From NCBI GenBank assembly GCA_000769715.1, contig JROS01000011.1:2877-66876 (forward strand): 64,000 nucleotides of DNA. Direction: 5' to 3'. Source of the DNA: Desulfobulbus sp. Tol-SR (GTDB lineage Bacteria > Desulfobacterota > Desulfobulbia > Desulfobulbales > Desulfocapsaceae). The position numbers and the translations under genes were made by a program. The notes below the pieces were generated by a model. That model was not told the origin of the DNA. It ran no database searches and worked only from the letters and a program-made list of their open reading frames with translations. Each line of letters opens with the position of its first letter. The stretch's first letter is position 1. Shown here in pieces: positions 31,658 to 40,406 of this stretch.

Positions 31658-32260
31658 CTATTTCGTGCTGACCTCCGGCAGGAGACTGAACTGCAGCATG
31701 TCACGGCGGGCCTCGATATTGACGAACCGCATGGCGATCATCAGTGTCTTGCCGCCGCTTCTGGCGATCAGCGGTTTCATGTCCTGCATCGACACCGGGA
31801 ACTCCCTGCCGTTGAGGAGCGCCACCAAAGCCTGGCCGAGATCGTCCTGGCCGCCGTTCTGGGTCGCGTTCATCATGTCGACCACGGGCTTGACATAGAG
31901 AATCTGGCGTTGCGGATCAAAACGCAGGCGGGCGTTGCAGTTGAAATCGATTTCGACCTCCCCGACCTTGAGATTGATCTGGTGGCCGGCCAGTTCGGAA
32001 ACGATCCGGAGGTCGCTGCCGGCCACGTGCAGTCGGCAGGAGAGGTACTTGTCGCCGAACTGCAGGTTGTCGATGCCGATGATCCTGATCGTTCCCTGAA
32101 GCCCTTCCGATCTGGCGTCGATATCCAGAGGCAGTACCGCTCGGACGGTCCTGGCCATCACGCTTTCAGGGAGATTGAGGGTGATCGTTTCGGTCGTCTG
32201 CGCCAGGCTGCTCACCGGGAGGAGAAGGAGGAGAATGATCGCTTTGATCGTCGTCTTCAT
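31658..32260 (-). CDS. Secreted hypothetical protein
   Basis: 200 aa with a clear signal peptide (MKTTIKAIILLLLLPVSSLAQT). I recognise no family. Confidence 0.6.
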   Translation of the reverse strand: MKTTIKAIILLLLLPVSSLAQTTETITLNLPESVMARTVRAVLPLDIDARSEGLQGTIRIIGIDNLQFGDKYLSCRLHVAGSDLRIVSELAGHQINLKVGEVEIDFNCNARLRFDPQRQILYVKPVVDMMNATQNGGQDDLGQALVALLNGREFPVSMQDMKPLIARSGGKTLMIAMRFVNIEARRDMLQFSLLPEVSTK

Positions 32261-33275
32261 GAGTGGCGTCCTTTGTCTGGCTGGGGAGGTGAGAATACAA
32301 CGGTAGTATAATCGTTTGCAATGTCAGAACACAAGCCAGAAAAATTCCCAGCATCGAGGCCGGATCCCTGAACCGGCTGTGCATCCGGTAGTCAGCGACT
32401 GCCACATTATCCGGGGAGACGAATCGGCCCCGGATCGAGACTGATCCGGAACTGTCCGGCATCGCTCCCTCCAATCTGATTGTTTCGCCGCTGAAAATGG
32501 TGACGGTCGCCGCCGCCCGATCATAGGCGACACGATCGAATTCAATATATTTTCCGGGGCGGGCGGCCTTGTTTTTGAGGGTATGGAGAAAGTGAAAATC
32601 GGTTTGTTCGAGAACGTCGAGAAAAAAGAGCGGACCGGTCAGGTAGAGTAAGATACAGATCACAGCGGCGACAATCCGGCCAGGGTTCGTGGTGGCGGCC
32701 CAGATCTGCCGGCGCAGGATTGTCGGCCAGGACCACAGGAGAGTGATCAGCCCGGCGATGGTCAGCGGAATCCCGAGGGGATGGTCGATGTCAAACAGGT
32801 TAAACTGCCAGGCGGACCAGTCGAACGGGGCCAGAAGATGGACGCCGTTGGCCCATTTGACCTGCGTCGCATCGAGCAGCAGGTGGAGAAGACTGTTGCC
32901 GGTGAGGATGGCGAACGTCGCGGCCGGGTGACGGGACAACTGGGCCAGGAAGGCCGAAAAAAGGGCGCAGAAGAGGAGACTGGCCTGGATGGTGGTGTAG
33001 AGCCTGACCGTGTATGGCGCCGCCAGATCGAGGGCAAGTGACGTCCGGAGCAGGATCCAGGGGATATCCGGGATGATGCAGCCGGCCACGACCCACGGCA
33101 GGACCTTGTCCGAGAATGCGGCCCTGTGCGCCGGCATCTGCAGGGCGATATGGCAGAGTGTGTTTGGCAAGCCTTTGTCCTTCGGGTAAGATGAGCCGAT
33201 AGCGGCAGCCGCTCTTCCGCGCCGGTACTGGCCGCCAGGTGATAGTAGCCAATTCATCGACGGAGCACAAGCCAC
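32166..33275 (-). CDS. Polytopic membrane protein, possibly a DUF457/YdjM-like membrane-bound hydrolase; start uncertain
   Basis: It has several TM segments. The motifs AGCIIPDIPW and LLHLLLD are reminiscent of DUF457. The start may be GTG 33275 or ATG 33257. The 3' end overlaps the next gene by 95 nt. Confidence 0.55.
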   Translation of the reverse strand: MACAPSMNWLLSPGGQYRRGRAAAAIGSSYPKDKGLPNTLCHIALQMPAHRAAFSDKVLPWVVAGCIIPDIPWILLRTSLALDLAAPYTVRLYTTIQASLLFCALFSAFLAQLSRHPAATFAILTGNSLLHLLLDATQVKWANGVHLLAPFDWSAWQFNLFDIDHPLGIPLTIAGLITLLWSWPTILRRQIWAATTNPGRIVAAVICILLYLTGPLFFLDVLEQTDFHFLHTLKNKAARPGKYIEFDRVAYDRAAATVTIFSGETIRLEGAMPDSSGSVSIRGRFVSPDNVAVADYRMHSRFRDPASMLGIFLACVLTLQTIILPLYSHLPSQTKDATHEDDDQSDHSPPSPPGEQPGADDRNDHPQSP

Positions 33276-33302
33276 CCTTCATCGATCATCGACACCCACT
33301 CC

Positions 33303-34658
33303 ATGAACGCGCCGATCCTCACCGTATCTGCTGATTGCCTTCTGACTGGAATCGACGGCGGCGTCGAGCAGGAACTCAAACGACAACTGACCATCGACAA
33401 CCCCCGGTATATCGCGGCCAAACGCTATGGTCGGTGGATCGGCAAACGGCTCAAGCCGACACTGGAATACTTTGTCCCGGTTGGGGATGGTCTCCGGTTT
33501 CCGCGCGGATTTTCAAACCAGGCGATATTGCTGTGCCGGGAATTGATGGGTCGTTCGCCGGAGATAGTCGACCGCAGGCGCCTGCTGACGGAGATCGATT
33601 TCAAATTTACCGGCAGTCTGCGTCCCTATCAGCAGCAGGCGGTTGAGATCGCCCGGAAACGATCCTTTGGCGTCATCGAGGCCGGAACCGGCAGCGGCAA
33701 GACGATCATGGCCCTGGCCCTGATCGCCGGAAGAAGGCAGCCGGCCCTGGTGATCGTCCATACCCGGGAACTGCTTTACCAGTGGCGGGATCGGGCTGTG
33801 GAATTTCTCGGCTGTCCGGTCGGGCTGGTGGGCGACGGTCATTTCGTCGTCGAGCCGTTCACGGTGGCCATTGTCAATTCGGCGCGTAAACATGTACAGG
33901 AACTTGTCCCTCATTTCGGCCACCTCGTGGTCGATGAGTGCCACCGGGTGCCGGCGACACTGTTCACCGATGTCGTCTCGCATTTTGACAGCCATTACCT
34001 CCTTGGCCTCTCGGCCACCGCCTTTCGCAGCGATGACGGCCTTACCAGGCTCATCTACTATTTCATGGGCGACAGGATTCACAAGGTCGACCAGGGGGAG
34101 TTGGAGGCAACCGGGGCCGTTCTCAAGCCGCGATTGATACAGCGGGAAACAGCGTTCACCTTCAGCTATCGCGGCGACTACCAGGCCCTGATCAGGACCC
34201 TGACCAGCCACGAGGGGCGAAATCTCCAGATTATCGAGGACATCTGCAAAACGGTCGAGGAGCCGGATGCCGGGACGGCGCTGGTCGTCTCCGATCGCAT
34301 CGGCCACTGTGAAATCTTTGCCGATGAACTCCGGCGCCGTGGGATCAGGGTCGAACTGCTGACCGGGCAGATTTCCCAGGAGCGGCGTCATACCGTTGTC
34401 GCGGCTGTCCAGAATGGGGATGTCCAGGTCCTGGTTGCTACCCTGCAGCTGATCGGCGAGGGCTTCGATTGTCCCGGTCTCAGCAGCCTGTTCCTGACCA
34501 CCCCGATCACCTTTGAAGGACGACTGCTGCAGGTCATCGGCCGGATCATGCGTCCAGCCGCCAACAAGGAGGCGAGGGTCTACGATTATGTCGATGGATC
34601 AGTCCCGGTGCTGCGACGATCGGCCGTTTCCCGTCGCAACGTCCTGAATCGATTGTAG
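33303..34658 (+). CDS. Superfamily-2 DEAD/DEAH-box helicase (XPB/Rad25 or type III Res-like, COG1061-type)
   Basis: 451 aa with LRPYQQQAV, Walker A GTGSGKT, DECH, GLSATAF and helicase-C motifs, preceded by an N-terminal domain of about 95 aa. Confidence 0.85.
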   Translation: MNAPILTVSADCLLTGIDGGVEQELKRQLTIDNPRYIAAKRYGRWIGKRLKPTLEYFVPVGDGLRFPRGFSNQAILLCRELMGRSPEIVDRRRLLTEIDFKFTGSLRPYQQQAVEIARKRSFGVIEAGTGSGKTIMALALIAGRRQPALVIVHTRELLYQWRDRAVEFLGCPVGLVGDGHFVVEPFTVAIVNSARKHVQELVPHFGHLVVDECHRVPATLFTDVVSHFDSHYLLGLSATAFRSDDGLTRLIYYFMGDRIHKVDQGELEATGAVLKPRLIQRETAFTFSYRGDYQALIRTLTSHEGRNLQIIEDICKTVEEPDAGTALVVSDRIGHCEIFADELRRRGIRVELLTGQISQERRHTVVAAVQNGDVQVLVATLQLIGEGFDCPGLSSLFLTTPITFEGRLLQVIGRIMRPAANKEARVYDYVDGSVPVLRRSAVSRRNVLNRL

Positions 34659-34703
34659 GCGGACGGAATGGGCGCGCCGATTCAGTATTCATTCGGCTTT
34701 TAC

Positions 34704-34732
34704 TTGCCATTGGACAACCATTGGTGTATAAT
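34704..34732 (+). promoter_or_regulatory. Candidate sigma-70 promoter (TTGCCA-17-TATAAT)
   Basis: Hexamers lie at 34704-34709 and 34727-34732 with an exact 17-nt spacer, in the AT-rich spacer upstream of typA. Confidence 0.45.
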
Positions 34733-34777
34733 ATTTATTTTTTATCAGAAAATCCGATTTGACGGATTTCAATGCCG

Positions 34778-34806
34778 GCACTCCTGTCCAGGTGAGTGCT
34801 TTTTTT
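34778..34806 (+). terminator. Rho-independent terminator-like hairpin (helicase terminator or typA leader attenuator)
   Basis: GCACTC (34778-34783) pairs with GAGTGC (34794-34799), with additional CCTG/CAGG pairing inside the loop, followed by T7 (34800-34806). Confidence 0.6.
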
Positions 34807-34879
34807 GTTGTATCATCTCCGAATACGACCTCGCCGCCGCAGGATGCAGCGGCCTTCGCAACTTCTTCAGGACAGAGAA

Positions 34880-36682
34880 ATGGAACAGGCAAAGATACGC
34901 AACGTGGCGATCATCGCCCATGTTGATCATGGAAAAACGACGTTGGTTGACCAATTATTTAAACATTCAGGAATGTTCCGTGACAACCAGCAGGTTTCGG
35001 AACGGTTGATGGACTCGATGGATCTCGAGCGGGAGCGCGGGATCACGATCACCGCCAAGAACGGCTCCTACCACTACAAGGATTACTGGATCAACATCAT
35101 CGATACCCCCGGCCATGCCGATTTCGGCGGTCAGGTCGAGCGGGTGCTGCAGATGGCCGACGGGGCCCTGCTGCTGGTCGATGCCCAGGAGGGGCCGATG
35201 CCGCAGACCTATTTCGTCCTCAAGAAGGCGCTGCAGAACCATCTGCCGGTCATCGTCGTCATCAACAAGATCGACAAGCCGGCGGCCCGCTGCAATTGGG
35301 TCGTCGACCAGGTCTTCGATCTCTTCGTCAAACTCAACGCCCCCGACCATATTCTCGATTTCGCGGTGGTCTACGCCTCGGCCAAGGGGGGATATTCGAT
35401 GCTCAGTCTCGAGGACGATATCGAGACGCATCGCAATATGGACAGTGTGTCGGAGATGATCGTCGAGCATATCCCGGCGCCGAAAGGGGCGAGCGATCAG
35501 CCCCTGCAGATGCAGGTCGGCACCATCGAATACTCGCCCTATCTCGGGCGCCTGGGTATCGGCAAGGTGGTAAACGGGACGATGTCGATCAACCAGCCGA
35601 TCGTCGTCGCCCGACGCGACGGCTCGATCAAGCCGGTGCGGATCTCGAAGATCTTCCGTTTCCAGAGTTCGGAGAAGGTTGCGGTCGACACGGTCGGTGT
35701 GGGGGAGATTGTCGCCATTGCCGGCATGGAGGATGTCACCGTCGGGGTGACCTTCACCGATCCGCTCGATCCCCGGCCGCTGCCGCTGATCACGATCGAT
35801 CCGCCGACCATCTCGATGAACTTCATTCCCAACGATTCGCCCTTTGCCGGCAAGGAGGGGAAGTTCGTCACCTCGCGGCATATCGAGGAGCGGCTGCTGC
35901 GGGAGACCCTGGCCGATGTCGCCCTCCGCTACGAGTCCCTGACCGATGCCGTCGGGTTCAAGGTCTCCGGCCGTGGTGAGCTGCACCTGTCGATCCTGAT
36001 CGAGAAGATGCGGCGCGAGGGCTATGAATTCCAGGTCACCCGGCCGCAGGTCATCATGACGGAGGACGAGAACGGCCAGCTGTTGGAACCATACGAACGT
36101 CTGACCGTCGATGTCGATGAGCTCTATCAGGGGGCGGTGATCGAAAAGCTGGGCAAGCTCAAGGGACAGATGGAAGAGATGACCACCGCCAACGGCATGG
36201 TGCGATTGGTGTTCGTCATTCCGACCCGCGGCCTGCTCGGCTACCGGTCGCAATTCATGACCGACACCAAGGGCATGGGCATCATGAATTACGTCTTCCA
36301 CGATTACGGCCCTTATGCCGGCGACATCATCAATCGCGTCAACGGGGTGCTGGTGGTCAAGGAACCGTGCACCGCCGTTGCCTATGCCCTGTTCAACCTC
36401 CAGGAGCGGGGGCGGCTGTTCATCAATCCCGGGGCTGCCCTGTATCAGGGGCAGATCATCGGTGAGCATTGCCGGTCGGTCGATCTCGTCGTCAACCCGG
36501 CCAAAGGCAAGAAGCTCACCAACATGCGGGCCTCCGGTTCGGACGAGGCGGTCATTCTCACCCCGCCGGTGCTGATGAGCCTGGAGGACTGTATCGCCTA
36601 TATCAACGACGACGAACTCGTCGAGGTGACGCCGGAATCGATCCGGCTGCGCAAGAAGAGCGGGGTCAAACTCAAGGCCTGA
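34880..36682 (+). CDS. typA: Translational GTPase TypA/BipA
   Basis: 600 aa with NVAIIAHVDHGKTTLVD and DTPGHADFGG. The full-length architecture resembles EF-G and matches BipA. Confidence 0.95.
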   Translation: MEQAKIRNVAIIAHVDHGKTTLVDQLFKHSGMFRDNQQVSERLMDSMDLERERGITITAKNGSYHYKDYWINIIDTPGHADFGGQVERVLQMADGALLLVDAQEGPMPQTYFVLKKALQNHLPVIVVINKIDKPAARCNWVVDQVFDLFVKLNAPDHILDFAVVYASAKGGYSMLSLEDDIETHRNMDSVSEMIVEHIPAPKGASDQPLQMQVGTIEYSPYLGRLGIGKVVNGTMSINQPIVVARRDGSIKPVRISKIFRFQSSEKVAVDTVGVGEIVAIAGMEDVTVGVTFTDPLDPRPLPLITIDPPTISMNFIPNDSPFAGKEGKFVTSRHIEERLLRETLADVALRYESLTDAVGFKVSGRGELHLSILIEKMRREGYEFQVTRPQVIMTEDENGQLLEPYERLTVDVDELYQGAVIEKLGKLKGQMEEMTTANGMVRLVFVIPTRGLLGYRSQFMTDTKGMGIMNYVFHDYGPYAGDIINRVNGVLVVKEPCTAVAYALFNLQERGRLFINPGAALYQGQIIGEHCRSVDLVVNPAKGKKLTNMRASGSDEAVILTPPVLMSLEDCIAYINDDELVEVTPESIRLRKKSGVKLKA

Positions 36683-36690
36683 GGTGCGCC

Positions 36691-36786
36691 ATGGAGCTGT
36701 TGCTCATCCTCCTCATTTCGGTGGCGATCGGGATCGCCACCTTCGCCGTCATCGCCAGGAAGTACGGCAGCGACTGCATCCCCTGA
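36691..36786 (+). CDS. Possible 31-aa single-TM micro-protein
   Basis: MELLLILLISVAIGIATFAVIARKYGSDCIP. A GAGGTG RBS lies 4 nt upstream, immediately after the typA stop. No other support. Confidence 0.3.
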   Translation: MELLLILLISVAIGIATFAVIARKYGSDCIP

Positions 36787-36871
36787 CTGCTGTTGTATGG
36801 ATCCGTAGGCACGGGTCTGCTTGCGTTCTGGCTGCTGCAGATGATCTTTTAGGCGGTCTCTGTTTCGTTCC

Positions 36872-37303
36872 TCACCTTCCTGCCGCTTTTGCCGCATAGT
36901 AGTCGGCAAGGATCCGGGCATGGTCGAAGGCCAGCCGCGGCAGGTTGCTGCCGTCAAAGAGGGCAGCCTGGCCGGCATCGTCGCCGGCGGTCGGTTCACC
37001 CTCCGCCCTGCCGATGAACACGGTCGAGGCGGTGTGCTGGCGGGGATCGCGACCCGGGTCGGAGTAGGTGTGGAACTGCCTGAGATCGGTGACGGTCAGT
37101 CCAGTCTCTTCCATGGCCTCACGCCGGGCCGCCTGTTCGTAGGATTCTCCGTAATCGACAAAACCTCCGGGCAGGGCCCAGCCATACGGCGGATTGTTGC
37201 GCTCGATAAGGACGATCCTGTCGCCGATCTCGATGATGATATCGACCGTCGGGGTCGGATTGCGATGGAGGGTGATAGGTTGGTTGCAGTGGGGGCAGTG
37301 CAT
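36872..37303 (-). CDS. NUDIX hydrolase with an N-terminal CxxC element
   Basis: Start at MHCPHCNQ (ATG 37303). The Nudix box is [24 protein letters not shown]. Confidence 0.85.
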   Translation of the reverse strand: MHCPHCNQPITLHRNPTPTVDIIIEIGDRIVLIERNNPPYGWALPGGFVDYGESYEQAARREAMEETGLTVTDLRQFHTYSDPGRDPRQHTASTVFIGRAEGEPTAGDDAGQAALFDGSNLPRLAFDHARILADYYAAKAAGR

Positions 37304-37467
37304 TGCGGCGTTCCTTCTTCGGTTCCGAATCAAGCGTTGCCTCTCATCCTTTCAGATGAGGGGGATGCGACCCGTTCGCGTGGTGCCGGCCGGCACCGCC
37401 CGAATTTGTCCAGTCTCGTCAGCGCATCCGATTGTCGCCTGCATTTACATCTGCACGGGGAATGGGT

Positions 37468-38040
37468 TTACAGGGTGATTAATTGACGAATTTCCTGCCA
37501 GCTGGTCACTGATCGCATGTCCTGCCGGTCCTGATTCCAGGGTTGAGAAAAAACCAGCGGGGTGATGTTTTCAACCGCCAGCTGCCGGCAGGTCTCGGCT
37601 CGGTCGTCGACGAAGTAACGGAGCTTGTGCTCATGGATATACCGTGCCTTGTCGTTATGGTCGCCCATGGCGATGAGGTTGATGGAACGACTCGCCTCTC
37701 CGGGAAAGTGTGCGTCAATCCAGTCCCTGGCCGGCTGCAGCAGCGGGCGGGCGGTAATGATCGTTACCGGAGCGGCAGCCGCGAGTTCGGTCATGACCTC
37801 GACCGCCCCTGGCATTGGCATCAACCCGGTGCCGAGTGAATCCTCGAGGATGTCGGTGAAGATCTGTTCCACCAGAGGCATCGGTATATCCAGACAATCT
37901 TCGACATGAAAGGAGGTAATGTCGGCCAGGGTGAACGAGCAGTAGTCGTGTTGCTCGCAGGCCAGACGGATGAAGGTGGCGGCGGTATCGGCGATGACGC
38001 CGTCCAGGTCGAAACCAATCTCGTGTGGAAAGATCTTCAT
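37468..38040 (-). CDS. HAD-superfamily hydrolase (5'-nucleotidase-like)
   Basis: 190 aa with motif I (FDLDGVIADT) and a later FVDDR motif. Confidence 0.75.
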   Translation of the reverse strand: MKIFPHEIGFDLDGVIADTAATFIRLACEQHDYCSFTLADITSFHVEDCLDIPMPLVEQIFTDILEDSLGTGLMPMPGAVEVMTELAAAAPVTIITARPLLQPARDWIDAHFPGEASRSINLIAMGDHNDKARYIHEHKLRYFVDDRAETCRQLAVENITPLVFSQPWNQDRQDMRSVTSWQEIRQLITL

Positions 38041-38052
38041 GGCAGTTAATTT

Positions 38053-38913
38053 TCAATTGGCTGCGTCATAGCCCGCCTCCATATCCTTGATCTGCTGGAC
38101 CAGGCGGAGGTTTTCCGGGGATTCCAGGCCTAGGGCTCTCCCCTCTCTGACGATGGCGCCGTTGATGGCGTCGATTTCCGTCCGACGTTGCCGCCGCACA
38201 TCCTGCAGCATCGATGAGATGTTGGCCGCCGTTTTTCTGCAGACCTCAACAGTGGCCATGAAAGGATCGCCGGAGACGGTGATGCCCTTGGCGCGAGCGA
38301 CCTGCTCGGCCTCATTCACGGCGGCCCGCATTCGTTCGGCGATGCCGGGGAGAGTCAGGAGGTCGCCGTTGGCACAGCCATGGATGGCGGTCAGGGCATT
38401 GATGCCGACATTGACGAACAGTTTGGCCCACAATCGATGAAGGATGCCGTCGGTGATGGCCGTGCTCATCCCGCCGCGGTCGAAGATCGTGGCCGTCTGG
38501 TCGAGGAGCAGGGCACTATGGGCATCCGTCCGGGAGGGAAATCCGAGAAACGTGGTCCCATGGCCGGCGTGGCGAACATGGCCGGGATTCATAAGCGTCG
38601 CCCCTTCCGTCGTCGTGCCATAGGCTATGGCCGCCTTACCGGCTGCTGCACCGCAGTCGAGGTGGGCGACCCCGTTTTGCAGAAAGAGCAGTACCGTCCC
38701 CTCAACCAAAAGAGGGAGACAGGATGCAAGGCTTGTCGGGACATCGTAGGACTTGACGCAGAGGATGATGACATCGGTCGGGCCGACGGAGAGCGGATCT
38801 GCGGTCACGGCAAGAGGAAAAGTGCGGCGTTCTCCATCCAGTTCATAGACGATTCCCTGGCTGTTGAGGAGGTCGGCGCGCCTCTGATCGTGGTCAGAAG
38901 TCCTTATCGGCAA
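38053..38913 (-). CDS. panE: 2-dehydropantoate 2-reductase (PanE/ApbA) family protein lacking the N-terminal GxGxxG segment (possibly 5'-truncated)
   Basis: 286 aa from TTG. The C-terminal NISSMLQDVRRQRRTEIDAINGAIV matches the PanE signature. By alignment with E. coli PanE from memory, the first 18-25 residues, including the dinucleotide loop, are absent. Confidence 0.6.
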   Translation of the reverse strand: MPIRTSDHDQRRADLLNSQGIVYELDGERRTFPLAVTADPLSVGPTDVIILCVKSYDVPTSLASCLPLLVEGTVLLFLQNGVAHLDCGAAAGKAAIAYGTTTEGATLMNPGHVRHAGHGTTFLGFPSRTDAHSALLLDQTATIFDRGGMSTAITDGILHRLWAKLFVNVGINALTAIHGCANGDLLTLPGIAERMRAAVNEAEQVARAKGITVSGDPFMATVEVCRKTAANISSMLQDVRRQRRTEIDAINGAIVREGRALGLESPENLRLVQQIKDMEAGYDAAN

Positions 38914-39667
38914 CCATTTTGCCTTCGGCTGTGATTGTCGCCCCCTCGGTCGGAGTTTCGGCGGTGGTGACGACCAGGTCGTGGGTGTTGGTCAGCGGAT
39001 CGCCGGTACCATCCTGCAGGTGGATCCAATTACGACCCATGATGTTCATGTTGATCTTCATCACCTTGCCGCGCACACGGACGGTCTTCCCGTTCAGCTC
39101 TTTGGATTTCTTGAATATTTCATCTACCGTGTATCCATTCGGGCCACTGGCCTTGTCAACCGAGATTTCGGCGAAGGGGACGACGGCTCCCCCGCTGCCT
39201 CCGGAAGTCGACGCCGGCGGCGTTTCGGCGGATTTTTCGGCCGCGATGGCCGATGTGAATGTATCGTTGCCGCCGGATGGTGATGGCGCCGCTTTGGCTG
39301 TATTGTCACCGGATGTGTTCTTCTCGAGCCCCGGCGAGAAAATGAGAGTGGCAAAGGTTCGATCCAGGGTTTTGCTGTGGAAATCCTTCATCGTCATCCC
39401 CGGCTGGTACCGCACGGATTCGCCTGCCTTGACACTGGTTTCGGGGATTGCCACCCAGGTCCTGTCCGTGCCGGATTCGACCAGGAGATAGGTGTAGCCG
39501 CCCGAGTTCATCGTTTCGATCACCTTGCCTTCGCCGGCGGTACCGCTGCCGGTGTCGGGAGGGGGAGTCGCCGCTGTGGCAATGCTGGCGAGGGCGAGGG
39601 TTATGAGGAGGAAAAAGGTGCACACCGAATGACGTCTGCCGTGGAAAGGTTGTCTCATCGCGTTCAT
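38894..39667 (-). CDS. Exported hypothetical protein
   Basis: Start at MNAMRQPF... (ATG 39667) with a signal peptide (FFLLITLALASIATAA). It has a GGYTYLLVESG...WVAIP module, a Ser/Gly/Pro linker and a second domain. Confidence 0.6.
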   Translation of the reverse strand: MNAMRQPFHGRRHSVCTFFLLITLALASIATAATPPPDTGSGTAGEGKVIETMNSGGYTYLLVESGTDRTWVAIPETSVKAGESVRYQPGMTMKDFHSKTLDRTFATLIFSPGLEKNTSGDNTAKAAPSPSGGNDTFTSAIAAEKSAETPPASTSGGSGGAVVPFAEISVDKASGPNGYTVDEIFKKSKELNGKTVRVRGKVMKINMNIMGRNWIHLQDGTGDPLTNTHDLVVTTAETPTEGATITAEGKMVADKDF

Positions 39668-39698
39668 CGTGGAAAAAGAAAGGAAGAATAATTTTGCC

Positions 39699-40253
39699 TT
39701 ACTCATCATCATTTTCGATGAGGAAGGCGACATGTTCGAGCAGGGTCCTGGTCCAGATTTCATACGCCTTGGGGGTCAGATGGACTCCGTCTGCCTGAAA
39801 CAGGTCTGCATCCGACTGGGTGAACTTGGTGCAGACGTCGAGATAGCAGCTGCCCGTCTGCATGGTCATCGTTTTGATGCCTTCGTTGATTCTGGCAATC
39901 TCCGCCATCCCTGGAAAAGAGAGACGCATCGGCAGGAGGCTGGTGACGATGATCTCCGCGGTCGGAAATTCCCTGCTGAGCTGAATGACTATGCGACGCA
40001 GGCCGTCGACGAAATCGAACTGCCCATCGAGGGCATCGTTGGTGCCGATCATGATCAAAATGGCGGCCGGTGAATCCACCCGAATGCTCAGGTCTGGCAG
40101 GGCGGCAAGGAGATCGTCGACGGTGGCCCCGGGTACGCCATAGTTAAGCACTTTGCAATAGGGTATCCGACTTTGCCAGTTATTGTCGGCGACGAGAGAG
40201 TCACCGAGGAAGAGGAAACTGTCGATTGCGGCCTGACTGGTTCGGATGAACAT
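39699..40253 (-). CDS. SGNH/GDSL hydrolase
   Basis: 184 aa with FLGDSL, GTNDA and DGVHLT blocks. Confidence 0.8.
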   Translation of the reverse strand: MFIRTSQAAIDSFLFLGDSLVADNNWQSRIPYCKVLNYGVPGATVDDLLAALPDLSIRVDSPAAILIMIGTNDALDGQFDFVDGLRRIVIQLSREFPTAEIIVTSLLPMRLSFPGMAEIARINEGIKTMTMQTGSCYLDVCTKFTQSDADLFQADGVHLTPKAYEIWTRTLLEHVAFLIENDDE

Positions 40254-40406
40254 GTTCGTTTGAGCAATATGTTATTTTTATTGAAAAAAATAATCATTGA
40301 CGAGAAAAAATCCACTCCACCATATTACCATGCTCATCTGTTTCCTCCAAAGGTTTTCTTGCGGACATCATCGGAGGGAGGGTGGCAATACGGTCATGAA
40401 AAAAAG

